Below are positions 1 to 11,500 of a stretch of 64,000 nt of DNA, piece by piece (positions within the stretch are counted from its first letter, which is position 1; the number at the start of each line of letters is the position of its first letter). A model generated the notes under the pieces. The model saw only the letters and a list, made by a program, of their open reading frames with translations. It did no database searches and was not told the origin of the DNA. The translations under genes and the position numbers were made by a program. This DNA comes from Oculina patagonica (Eukaryota). Where the stretch lies: assembly GCF_052425735.1 (NCBI RefSeq), contig NC_135769.1:30938001-31002000 (forward strand). Direction: 5' to 3'.

Positions 1-137
1 AGGTAGGTAGGTAGGTAGGTAGGAAGGAAGGAAGGAAGGAAGGAAGGAAGGAAGGAAGGTAGGAAGGTAGGTAGGTAGGTAGGTAGGTAGGTTAGGTTAG
101 GTGGGTGGGTTTTAGGTAGGTAGGCTGTCTGTCTGTC
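1..137. repeat. Compound tetranucleotide microsatellite (AGGT)n/(AAGG)n/(CTGT)n in an intron
   Basis: Tandem AGGT, AAGG and TGTC units directly visible. Confidence 0.95.
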
Positions 138-177
138 TAACTCTGTAGTTATTATTTTTTTTTATTACAATCACCAG

Positions 178-687
178 AGGATGACCAATGACGATGTACA
201 GCCTACTGAGAGAATGATGGAAGTGCTTGAGCGAGCTTACAAATTACCCTGCAACAAGCCAGATATCGCGGTAAGAAGTCTTAAGTTCTCTCTCTCCTCC
301 CCTAGACCTACTCCCCTGACCTCCTTTACTCCAGGCCGTCACCCTCGTTCCAAACGCCGCCATTTCTGCCCCTTATTTTGCATTCTGTACCTGTGAATCC
401 TTGATCGTGATGTAAATTATTTGCTACATTATTTCTGTTTTTAGAGAACCATGGATGACCGTTTGGTAAAGTTGAGAAAATTCCGGTATGTCGAGCAGAG
501 AGGGTTCCAAACTTTCTTTGAAAACTGGAAAGCGAAAGTGCTGGAAAAAGAGACTGTAACAAGAAAGACTGGAACGAGTTCGGATATTGATCACTATGAT
601 GACAGTACTGATGAAACGAGAGATAATTACGTCAGTGATGACGAAACAAGCGATTATGACGACGATTCTAAATTTAGCCATCTCTAA
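178..687 (+). CDS. Last two coding exons of a gene entering from the left; possibly the C-terminus of a PTCD1-like pentatricopeptide-repeat protein with an acidic tail
   Basis: Exons 178-270 (cag|AGG...GCG|gtaag) and 445-687 (tag|AGA...TAA) join in phase 0: RMTNDDVQPTERMMEVLERAYKLP...RGFQTFFENWK...DDDSKFSHL*. AATAAA at ~801. The M..V.P.E....LE.A...P...GF......W pattern resembles the PTCD1 C-terminus from memory; identity tentative. Confidence 0.65.
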
Positions 688-1277
688 AGTAAAGAGAAAG
701 TTATATGGTTTTACAATGCAGTTGACATCACAGAAAACGCGAGTGGCTTTAATTTCAAGTGGGTCATTTATCGACGGCCCTCGTAACAATGTAAAAGCGT
801 AATAAAAACTGCCAGCGTTTATTTGAACGCTTACATGTATAAACAGCATCAGCTTCATAATGCATGCGGGGATCTTTTTCTGTTTGTTTTATCTGTACAG
901 TTTGATTAATGGCTGTCCCAACACTTAGCACGGTGTTTAATTTTGTTGTTGTTGTTCATTTGATATCCACACCGGTATTTTTTTTTAAAGAAAGCCTTTT
1001 TCTCGTGCGCGAGTAATTCGATCAGGTTTTGGCAGATTACTTTTTGCCCTGTACTCAACATGGGGTGACAGCGGTAGGTAGATCTCAGTCCGCGTAGTTC
1101 AGGCCTGTAACTTTGAACTGCGGAGGTCATTATCAAGCGTTTGTTAGCTCGCCACAAAAAAACACTGAAAAAAGGAAAATTCTATCCCGTGGATATGACA
1201 GATCGGTGAAAGTGAAAAGAGGGCCTATGGCTCTTGAAGGGTGGTCGTTATCCCTCAGTTACGCAACTGATCTTTAA

Positions 1278-2049
1278 AGGCTGGTTTTGCACTAGCGACG
1301 AAGTGGGAGTCTTAATCAGAAGCGATCTAGTGAAAATCAACCCGTCGGAGTCGTAAGCAGAGTTTCAGATTCCAGCTCTCCGAGTACTTCCTTTCTGCTT
1401 GCGACTTCGACAATTAAGTTTTCACTGGATCGTAAGCGGAATCAAAAGAAAATGGAAACGTCCTGATTTTTTCGACTCCGATACTGTCGTGCTTATGACT
1501 CCGCTTACGACACCGATTTTCGATTTTTACTAAATAATAATAATAATAATAAAATTTTCAACAGGAGGCTCCCGTCACATGAATTACAAGGTTAAAAATC
1601 AAGTTAAAAAGGTAAAAATATAAAATTACAAGTATAATGTTCTAAAAATAAAAAGCTTAAAGTACTTTGCTATTAAAAAGTTCTTAATCTCGGGTTAAAA
1701 ATGACATACGGTATAGGTATTTTTAAAACATCAGGTAAAGATGACCAATCAATGGTACATTTGTAGCTGGTGATTATCTTTCCCCAGTCAGTTCTTATTT
1801 TTGGGAGTCTAGGCAGATAGCTGTTTCTTGTGCTGTAGCCGCGTGAATCTTTCATTGAGGTTCTGAATGTGTTAAAATGTTCTGGAATGTCCCCTTTAAT
1901 AGCGTTTTGTACAGCACAGCAGCGGTGCCAAAAGCGTCGACCAGCTAGCGGAATCCATTTGAGATGTTCGAGAGCTTCAGTTGATGACAATCGTAATCAC
2001 CCATACGACTCCGACTCAATTTCCGTTGCTTGCTAAAAAAAACAGTGTA
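1278..2049. mobile_element. Degenerate Harbinger-like MITE (GGCTGGTTTT(G)CACTAGCGACG terminus) interrupted by a LINE fragment
   Basis: Left end resembles the TIR of the intact 2057-2264 element. GACTCC/GGAGTC subterminal repeats continue after the LINE fragment at 1991-2049. Confidence 0.5.
1531..1990 (-). mobile_element. 5'-truncated CR1/L2-group LINE 3' end
   Basis: ORF 1673-1990 (EALEHLKWIPLAGRRFWHR...YSTRNS...LPKIRTDWGK...WSSLP) matches the typical C-terminus of CR1/L2/Crack ORF2. It is followed on the minus strand by a 3'UTR and (TTA)n tail at 1531-1553. Confidence 0.8.
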
Positions 2050-2056
2050 ACCCTAA

Positions 2057-2264
2057 AGCCTGGTTTTCACTAGCGACGCAAGCATAAGCGCAATTACGCA
2101 AAGAGGACAAATTTTGATCCTTGTTCTTGTGCTTGCCGCAAGCACAAGCACAAGCATAAAACTGCAATGTGCTTGTGCTTTTGCTTGAGCCGAACCCGTT
2201 TTCACGGTGAAATAAGAGCTGTTATTCTTGCGCTTGTGCTTGCGTCGCTAGTGAAAACCAGGCT
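2057..2264. mobile_element. PIF/Harbinger-type MITE
   Basis: ~35-bp TIR AGCCTGGTTTTCACTAGCGACGCAAGCA.../...TGCTTGCGTCGCTAGTGAAAACCAGGCT, flanked by TAA on both sides. Confidence 0.9.
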
Positions 2265-2368
2265 TAAACCCTCCTCCCTCCTACTTTGACATGTAAAGCG
2301 CTTGCCAGTTCTCTCGATATACTGTAACCATCTACGAGGCAAAGAAATTCAAAAGTGCTATGCGTATA

Positions 2369-2518
2369 CGTCAACTCTCGCCTTGCGGACACCCCGCTTT
2401 GCGGACGCTCTCTTTGAAAAAACCCCGCCGAAAAGAATGACTCCCGCTATTACGGACTCTCGCTATTACGGACACTAAACGACGCCCCGAGCGTGTCCGC
2501 TTTAACGAGAGTTGACTG
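2369..2518. mobile_element. Short Tc1/pogo-type MITE
   Basis: TA-C(A)GTCAACTCTCG...CGAGAGTTGACTG-TA termini with CGGACAC subterminal repeats. Confidence 0.7.
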
Positions 2519-2611
2519 TATTCAGTGGGGCCATCAGTAGTACATTGAGGACCCTTAATACAAGCAGCATTGACAAAAACAGAACTTAAAATATCCGAAT
2601 ACATGATAAGT

Positions 2612-2780
2612 GGTGACTTGGATTGAAGTGAAAATAAGTGGAGAAGTGGTCGCAAGTCAAATTTCCGAGTTCCCCAACGGGAGTCGAACCCATGACCTTC
2701 CACAATACCGGTTGGACGCTCTATTAAACCACTGAGCTATGGGGGACTCATGGTGAGCGAGGTCATATTCTGGGTTCTTA
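2612..2780 (-). mobile_element. tRNA-like cloverleaf-containing repeat, divergent relative of 55069-55720
   Basis: Minus strand reads TGACCTCGCTC leader, TCCCCCA-TAGCTCAGTGG (A box)...CCGGTAT loop...GGTTCGACTCC (B box)-TGGGGAA, then a downstream stem-loop. Confidence 0.75.
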
Positions 2781-3342
2781 TTAAAATATCCGATCGTCGA
2801 TTAATCTTCCTTAAATTTCCTGTTCAATGCCTAAACGACTGATCGAGTAATCTTCACCGCCAGCTGCAGACTAGGGTAGATAAGTTTGGATGGAGCGCGA
2901 GCCTTGCTTAGAGGAAAGGAACGTTATTTTTTCACTTCTCCCTGGCGCATCTCAAGCTTGGGTAAACACGCCTGGCTCTTCGCGTTATCGAGCGCGTAAT
3001 TCCTTTACTGCTCGCGGAAAAACTCTGAAGTTTGACCGGGAAAATTTGATACTGATGTCATACCTTATGAACTAACAGAGATTCGTAGTGTCCCTGATTG
3101 GTTGTTTCTTGCGCGCGAAAATTTAAAAGGCGGCCAACCAATCAGAGGCACTGACAGATCTATTTAGAGTTACGTCATCAGTTTGAATTTTTCGGAATTT
3201 CAGACGTCCCTGGGTACCAGGTTTTCTTTTTTGCGTGCGTCGGGAGACTAATAAATGGCCAGCACCAGAAATTAAGTACGACAAGCCTCGTGTAAAAGAC
3301 GTCTCTCCAGCTGGGGAAGAATTAAGCAAGCGAAGAGAACTA

Positions 3343-4376
3343 CAGTGGAACCCCGTTAATACGGACACCAAGGGGACAGGCCAAATTGTCCGTATTAACG
3401 GGGTGTCCGTATTAAGCGGGGTCTCAGAAAAAAGTCACGGATACATGTTTTATCGACACAAAGACAAAGGGAAACGTTTTTACGGCAACAAAACGTTGTT
3501 TCATCGTACTGTAACAAATGCAAACTGTGAACTATGACTCAAATTAATAGTTTTTACGAAAACCTTACGATCTAAACTCTAATAACTTCAACAGTGGAAT
3601 TATTTATTTAAAAATGTCGAAACCTTATGTATCAGTCAATTCCAAGCGAGATCACCCCAGTTGCATGGTCAAATGCCCCACCAGTCGGGGCTGAAATGTC
3701 ATTGTGAGTCGGTTTTCTCGTTGAATTGCGGTCGTTTTGCCTACGAGTACGAGCGGATTCGCTAACGGCCAGTTACCTTCTCGTTAACACTTGGTCTCAA
3801 CGGACACTCCTGCCCTATTTATCAGCCGATTTTAATAGGAAAAGATAGATACGTTGAAACTAGAACCTTTACATTAACGTAAGCATATACTAACTTCACC
3901 TGCTTACGCTCGCGGAAAGATTTCCGCACAGCCCCCTACATTAATTATGTATGCAACTATTTCATACTATCACTATACATAAACAGCAATCATGAAAAGA
4001 ACTAATCAGTCAGAAAATTGTATGCATAATTAATGTAGGGTCCTGTGCGGAAATCTTGCCACGCTCGCTAGCGTTTTATAGTTTATGACACATTTTGTCA
4101 ACGATCAAATGCCCGACCATCCAGGCTTCAGTTCGATCAAATTCCCCACTATCTGGGCCTCAGTAGCGGTCAAATGCCCGGGGGGGAATGATCTCGCTTG
4201 GAATTGACTGATACATTACTATATATAAGAAATTAAACCAGGTGAAATTAAACGAATTTCAACAGCAACAGAACGTTTTCTAAAAAACTTTCCTTTGTAA
4301 CTGAACTCTGACCGTAACCGTTCTTAAACTCTACCAACTCATATTAAGCGGGTGTCCGTAAAGCGGGGTTCCGCTG
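3343..4376. mobile_element. Tc1/pogo-type MITE carrying nested insertions
   Basis: TA|CAGTGGAACCCCG...CGGGGTTCCGCTG|TA with GTGTCCGTATTAA subterminal repeats. Confidence 0.8.
3628..4215. mobile_element. PIF/Harbinger-type MITE nested in 3343-4376
   Basis: TIR TGTATCAGTCAATTCCAAGCGAGATC / GATCTCGCTTGGAATTGACTGATACA, TTA on both sides. Contains a further ~40-bp inverted-repeat pair spanning 3917-4057. Confidence 0.85.
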
Positions 4377-5056
4377 TATTTGCTCTAAAGCATTTCACAC
4401 CCTCGTCACAAAGTCTGCCCGCAAAACGGCTTGTCCCGTAGACCCGGCCTGATGCTATAAATAATCAAAACAATCAAAACCGTAACTCATTTTATTGAAG
4501 TATGACTGAAGTTGCACTATAGCGCATGTGCAAAATATTTCAAAAATACGTACACGTGTTAAATAAAAATAATAAAAGAAAGCACTGAAAGCAAATTCGC
4601 TTATTTTTGTCAAAAATATTGTCCTTTAAAATATTTATTTTTTATATAAAATCATGCTTCAGAATGGTGGCCATAACGCTCATACGTAGATTTATAAAAC
4701 TATACTATACTAGAATATGAAACTGTCATAAAATTCTATTAAATCTCCTAATTACAAAAAACAATTTGCCTATAAAATATAAAAATTCTATCCTATTTTT
4801 GCTATGGTTGCTTTCTATATTTATTTGCACAACCTTTTACCCAGGGTACCTGGGCGTTCAAATCCAAGATGGCGACTAGTCCGAGAGAAAACAGCTGGCC
4901 GCCATCTTGGATTTAAACACGCAGAAGACTGGGACAAAGTTGTTTCACATTGTGGTGGAACGATTGAATCACCTCACAACACGAGCGTGGGAAAACTGAG
5001 ATCTTGGAAAACCTATTACATAAAAGAACTACGACATTACGTTCTAAATTTTTAAA

Positions 5057-5417
5057 GCCCTGGCTAAGCGGTAATGCAAGTAGACGCAAGTTTTCAACTT
5101 CCGTCCACTTGCGTCTTCGTTTGGCCAGGACTTGCGTGCACTTGGGTTGACTAGCATGACTTGCGTTCACTTTGGTCGAGATCGAATTTGCACTCAAGTC
5201 AAAGCAAGTTTTTCACCGTTTGGCCACCCAACGCAAGTTAACACAAGTCTTGCTGTTTACTTCAAGTACTGAATTGCAGCGCGCGCAGTAGCATTGAAAT
5301 GGCTTTTTTAACAACTTGCCTGCACTTGCGAATTCGTTTAGCCAGCCAACGCAGGTCTCTACGCAAGTTCAACTTGCGATTACTTACGTCCACTTGCGTT
5401 ACCGTTTGGCTTGGGCT
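5057..5417. mobile_element. MITE rich in ACTTGCGT repeats; second copy at ~15153-15461
   Basis: AGCCCTGG... terminus and internal sequence (TTTGGCCAGGACTTGCGTG...TTTGGTCGAGATC...GGCCACCCAACGCAAG) shared with the copy in DXO intron 1. Confidence 0.7.
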
Positions 5418-5515
5418 ATTACATTTCCAAACTTTCCTTATAAAAAATTCATTTCATTTTGAAAGTAACTTGTACATAACAACAGTGTAGTCTAAAAAGC
5501 TATCAATCAAAACTA

Positions 5516-8500
5516 TCATGCAGATAGTTCATACGCTTCCATCACATATTGTTTCGGCACCAGTCCCACACTATACCCCTGAGGTTTAAACAAGGAACCA
5601 ATCCACCAATCAGGATGAGGCTTTTCGTAAATGTAGATTAGATCACCACGTTGGAATCCAAGCTCGTCTTCAGCACCGGCATCACAGTTCCACAGCGCTT
5701 GATAGATATTAGCGTAATTTATTTCGTTCTTTTGTTCTTCTGTGGGACTTTGCGGTGGTTCGTCTTTCCTTTTTGGTGGTTGTGGTTTAGGACCAGGTCG
5801 GGCTGGTCGTTCGGGAAGATTTTCTTCTGTAAAAGTTAGCGGAAGAAAAAAAACATATTAAAGTAATTCGCAAACTTCTTAATAATTCATTAAGTTAAAA
5901 CAAAAAAATTAAAACCGTGAAAGAGGTTTGAATACCCGGTCTTGGAATAGATTTTTACGATTTTATTTCTCCGTTTACTCCTTAGTTTTCTATTTCGATT
6001 GAGATGATATATCAAACACTCGAGCCGGTGTTTCATCGGCTATCCAAACACCTCAAATTAGTCAAAAATACTCCGCTGCGCGTCGTATTTCAACTCTCTT
6101 CTCGGTGTTTGATATCCCGATGAAACACTGTCTTTCGTGTTTGATATAATAATTTTTATCACTTCTACACCGTTTGAACGACAGCAGGTAGGCCTTCCCA
6201 GCTGTTACATGTAGTAACGTTTACGTGCGAGGTGACAAAATTTCTCGATAATTCCATCTCGGAATAACAGCCCATGATTGGTTGAAATCTGAAACTGACA
6301 TTGCAGCACTTTGTTGGGTTTCTCACATACAGAGACCCAAAATAAAATCCCATTTGAGGTAATGTGCTGCCGTTTATTTAAATTAAAAAAAAGCTGGATC
6401 AGTAACGTAACCCGACAATGATACTTACGTTTTTCCGTTTTGGGAGCTTCTGACGACAGTGGTGCCTGTGGTTGAGGTATTTTGGGAGGTCTCATGGGGG
6501 GTGGGGCTGGGGCGCTTTCCGGCATTTCGTACTCTTCCTCTTCTATCGCTGGCGGTGGGGGTGGGGGTAAGTCAGCGGTATCATCAGGAGTATCAGCAAT
6601 TTCATACATTTCTTCTTGATCCGGTGTGGGAGGGACTGGTATCTGTGGTTTAGAGGGCCGAGGGGGTGGCGGGGCAGGAGGTGTGTCATCCACTGGTGAC
6701 TGCGGCGGCTGTGATTTGGTGGGTCGTGGGGGAGGGGGCGAGGGAGGTGATGTAGGAATCGTTTGTTCTGGAAGCTCATACTCTTCCTCTTGTATTGGTT
6801 GAACAGGTTCAGCTGAAATAATAAAAAAGTGGTTCAGAAAATTTTACGTACATAAGGGAAAACCAGACCTGATAGGTTAAACAAGGCATCAAACGGCAGC
6901 TTCCTTTGACAGCCTTGATTTGGGTAGTCAAGCAATGAAACGAGACATGTGCCTTGACGAGAGGATGGTGTGCAGGTCGCCACACAACAAAAGGATGCGC
7001 GTTGTGTGACGAAAGGAGAAGCGCTGCGGATACTGAGATCCAAATACACTTGAAAGAAAACTAACTTGACTTGCCGGCTTTGAAACAACGTACTAAGCTT
7101 TTAAAAACTGGAACAACCCTCCGAGAAAGCAAAAGTAAAAAAAAAAATCCAATTTTTTTTTTTTAAAAAAGTCAAGGTTTACTTGGGAAGGAATTTCAAA
7201 ACATAAAGAAGCATAGCAAGCAACCTGACGGACCGCCACAAATTGCCCTAGACGTTAGAGATTCAAGAAGAAAAATTCCATACTGATGACTTTACAGAAA
7301 TCCATGAAGTGTGACTGAGTGATTTTCGCACAGCCATAACTTTTGCGCGTAAGTCATAACCAATCAGAGACACTTCACAAATCTCATCGGTATGAAGTTT
7401 TTCGAGTCAAATCTGAGATGCTTCAAGGAGGGAGGGGGGGGGGGGGGGATTGAAAATAGGAGAGAGGCCTTTTTCCTCAGGATATTCTTGTAAAATAAAC
7501 TATCTAGATACCAACCAGGAGCTGGAGCTGGCGTTGAAGAGACCGCTGCCGCAGATATCTCATAATCGACCTCTTGTATCGGCTGCGACTGCTGGGTAGG
7601 AGCAGGAGACGGGGTACTGCCGACTACTTCATATAAATCTTCATTAGTGTCATCATAGACATCTTCATTCATCTCTTCGTCTGCTTCGTTCTTAGCTTGC
7701 CCTGCATCAGCATAATGCAAGCTGTCCTCGTCACCCGACGGCTGCTTGTTGCGGAGTTCATCTAAATAAGCACTGTGGCGCTCTGCTAACGGAGCATCAC
7801 AAGCCTTTTGTATGGCTCGTATCCATTTCTCTGTTTCCTCTTTAGAGTTACTCTCAAACTAAAGAAAGGTGCGAAATCAAAATATGCTATCAATATTTTG
7901 CAAAGTATGTTTTCCGTGCAGCTATCTCAACGAAACTGCTAACAATTGTTAGTAGAAACTCATCCGCATTCTATTGGAAATCCACAAATCTGATTGGTTC
8001 TCCCACTGTTTTCAATCTGTAGATAGTTCACAGTCGTGTGAGCGTTGCTCTTTAAAGGGACAACTATTATTGATTTTTGGCTCAAAAGTACATAAAATTC
8101 TGGGGTTTGGACTGCAATCCCTTTGAGTTTTTACTAAAAAACTAGACTACTCGGCCTTGTTTTCTATAAGCAATAGTCAACTCGGCTGCACCTTGTTGAT
8201 TATTGTTTACAAGCTGTACATTAGCAATTTTTTGGCCCAAAATGTGAAATTAAAGAGAACCACACCTTAACTTTACTGTGATTTTGAGGCCCTCTCTCAT
8301 AACTTCGTCAAAGAATGCTGACTGGGCAAAATGATAAATGGCCCTTTTAATTTCCCTTGAAACGTTGTTTGGTTTACACCATGGTCCCCCCCCCCCCCCC
8401 ACCCCAACCCACCCTTTCTTTTTAACTACATTTGATGGTTTCACGTGTGCGTAAGGATTTGTGTAGAGCGATGTTGTGAGTAAAAATTTTCGAGTTGAAT

Positions 8501-11500
8501 CAGACCTTTCTCTTTTAGGAGAGGGAGGAAGTAATGCAAAGAGGTTTGAATGAATCACCCAGCATGCAATATTCAGCACACGTGGATGCATGTACAGAAG
8601 TGTACGTAAGACTGCAAAACAAGCATGTCAAAAGGGCAGAGTATGGAGCGCGATTTCAACAAAAAAGTTGATATTTGGTTGCTTCTCCCTTGAGCTTTAC
8701 ACTTGTGTATTGCACTGCCCAGCTTAACTGCCTGTTTACCAGGCAACAGTGTATAAGTACCTGAAATGTCCTGTGTCCTTCTGAATGTGTGAGAGTAAAC
8801 TCTCGCCCCTTCTTGTTAGCAACTTGTGCCTTATAACCTGGCAACAAGATATGTCCTGCTTGCTTGGTTGATTTCTTTTCCCTGAAGTAGTAGAGAATAT
8901 GTTTACGCACCACACAGTACCGCTTCTGCCATTTGCTCCCCACATATATCTTGCCTTCCTTGCGGAGTTTCCTCAGAGAACCTCAGGAAAAATAATAACA
9001 ATGATAACAATTAACCCTATCTGAAAATTAGCCCTCCCCCCACCACCACCCCTGAAATCTCAGCTACAAAAAACTCTTTCTTTATGTGCCCCTATCCCAA
9101 CCCTCGAGTTTCCTTTTGTATAGATTGTTGTCCCTTTACTATCATACATAAATAATTCAGTAATACAGTAGAACCCCGGTAACTCGAACTCTGAAGGGAA
9201 ACAAAAAACAGTTCGATCTAGTGGGGGTTCGAGTTATCAAGGTTGGTTGAATATTTAATTTGCCAAGTTAATAATTGAAAGTTTACTGATTTTTCAGCAC
9301 TTCAGTACACAGAACAGTACAAATTATACTTATCTTGTCAGAAACTCTAACATGATCATACATTCTTATGATAAGGGTGGAAAATGACGGTCAAATACGT
9401 GACCTTTTTGTTGCTCTAATTAATGGGCAACCGTGGCGAGTTGCAAGAACTAGAATTGGAGTTATCAGGATAAATTGATCAGGGAAACAAAATTTAGTTT
9501 GAGTTAGCGGGGTTTTTGAGTTATCCCAGCTCGAGTTAACCGAGTAAAAATGACTGAAAAGTGGGCCAAATCCAGGGGAAATTGAAGTTAGTTTGAGTTA
9601 GCAGGGTGTTCGAGTTACCTGAGTTCGAGTTACTGGGGTTTCTCCTGTAGTATTATTATTTTAGAGACTTTTCATGCTTGTTTGTAGTCTCTTACAAATG
9701 TAAGCTTACCCAACCACAATTCCTGCCCTCCCCTGATAATGAACAAAAAAGAGGAGGTCAGTTTGTAGGGTTAGAGATGACAGGGGGAGGTGGTCCATCA
9801 GAATATTACACTAGGGGGAGGATGATCACTGTGAGGGGTGGGAAATTTTAAAATCATCATAGCCCCTCCCCCACCACAACATAATGTATGAACACTCCCT
9901 TACTGTCAAGAAATATCTCAATCTGCTGAACATGACAATAAATACCTGCTATAATGACGCCTTCAATGTTCTCTGGTTTAGTGTTCTTTGTCAAATGATC
10001 CCAGTTGACCTCTGACCTTTGACCATCCACTGCACTTTCCCCTGGTTCAACCCCTTCATACATACTGTCAGTTTCCACTGGTGCAGCATCTGTAGAAGTC
10101 GATTGGTCTGCCTCTGAAATAAAGAAGAATCTTCTGATGAAAAGCAGCTGCACGGTTTGGTTAATTTATAAATTTGGTACACTCAAACCCCTTCTATGTT
10201 AATAGGCAGTTTAAGATACGCTACGGCGAGGCGCTACTACGGCTGCCGGAAGTAATTTTCTCCAAATCAATCAATCAAATCAATCAACTTTGTTTTACGA
10301 GGGTTGCACGTAACAGTCTTCGACTGACAAACCTGTGGCCCTCGGATTCCCGATCGAATTGGAATTTAGAAGTGTTGGTTTTTGTGGAGGGAGGAAAACC
10401 GGAGAACCCGGAGAAAAACCCTCGGAGCAAGGACGAGAACCAACAACAAAACTCAACCCACATATGGTACCAGGCCGGAATCGAACCCGGGCCACATTGG
10501 TGGGAGGCGAGCGCTCTCACTACTGCGCCATCCCTGCTCCCCCTATAAGATACTGCGCATGTCAGTCAGTCACGTCCAGCCGTAGAGTGAAATCTGACTA
10601 CGCCAGTCGGGAGGTTTTGCCGTAGTGGTAGTACATCGGATTTTATTCGCTTCTCTGTCCTTTTTCGACGAGTTTCTCAGCATTTTAAGAGTTCCAACGA
10701 ATACTGTATCCTTTGAATTGAATTGTAGTCGAACAATTGCCGCGTTTGTCGCTCATAAGCTTAAAAAGTCTTATCCTGAATTTGACGAATTCGTTCGGTG
10801 CAAGTGTCGGTGTGGACAAGAAAAGTACTCCTGTTGAACGTGCGATTTTTTTGCCTTCACGGTTTAGTGGAGATGTACTAATAGCTGTATTTAAGTATCC
10901 GCTACCATTTTGCTTTGGTGAGTACTGGTATATTTCAGTTCATAACTCGGTATTCTTTGCGATATTCGTATTTTTAAAATTAAACATTTCATCAATTTTA
11001 ATTGTTGTTGTGTTGCTGTTTATTGCTGCTGTAGAAAGAATCTCTTGCTCAGAACTATTCTGTTAGTCCTAGCAAAGCAAACAACAACTATATATTTTTT
11101 GAGCGAAGCCATTCGGCTGTGGAAAACTAAATAAAAGAGATTTTCAACTCCTTAGCCTATGTTTCTTTGTATTTCGCCTTGCTTTTACACTAAATTTGGC
11201 AGACTGCCGAGACGTACTCTCCCCAGACCTTTTCGGTTACGGTAGCCGTAGTAGCACCTCGCCGTAGCGTATCTTAAACTGCCTAATGTTGTTAATTCTC
11301 ATGCAGGTACAGTGGGACCTTGATATAACAAAGGGCCACAAGGCACTTGTAAAATATGTTTGTTATATTGGGGATCTTTTCTATATATCTTATTATTACT
11401 GGGGCAAAGAACACCGTTTGTTATAACAAGCAATTCATTATATAGAGGTTCATTAAATCAAGGTTCCACTGTATGTATTAAGTCAGCGACTGACATTACC

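Noticed and set aside
326-858. Antisense ORFs (also 14442-14819, 17375-17848, 21782-22156, 36850-37218, 62293-62944)
   Set aside because: Shadows of real exons on the opposite strand.
10174-10625. Cluster of overlapping ORFs on both strands
   Set aside because: All fall within a GC-rich SINE/MITE; no protein motifs.
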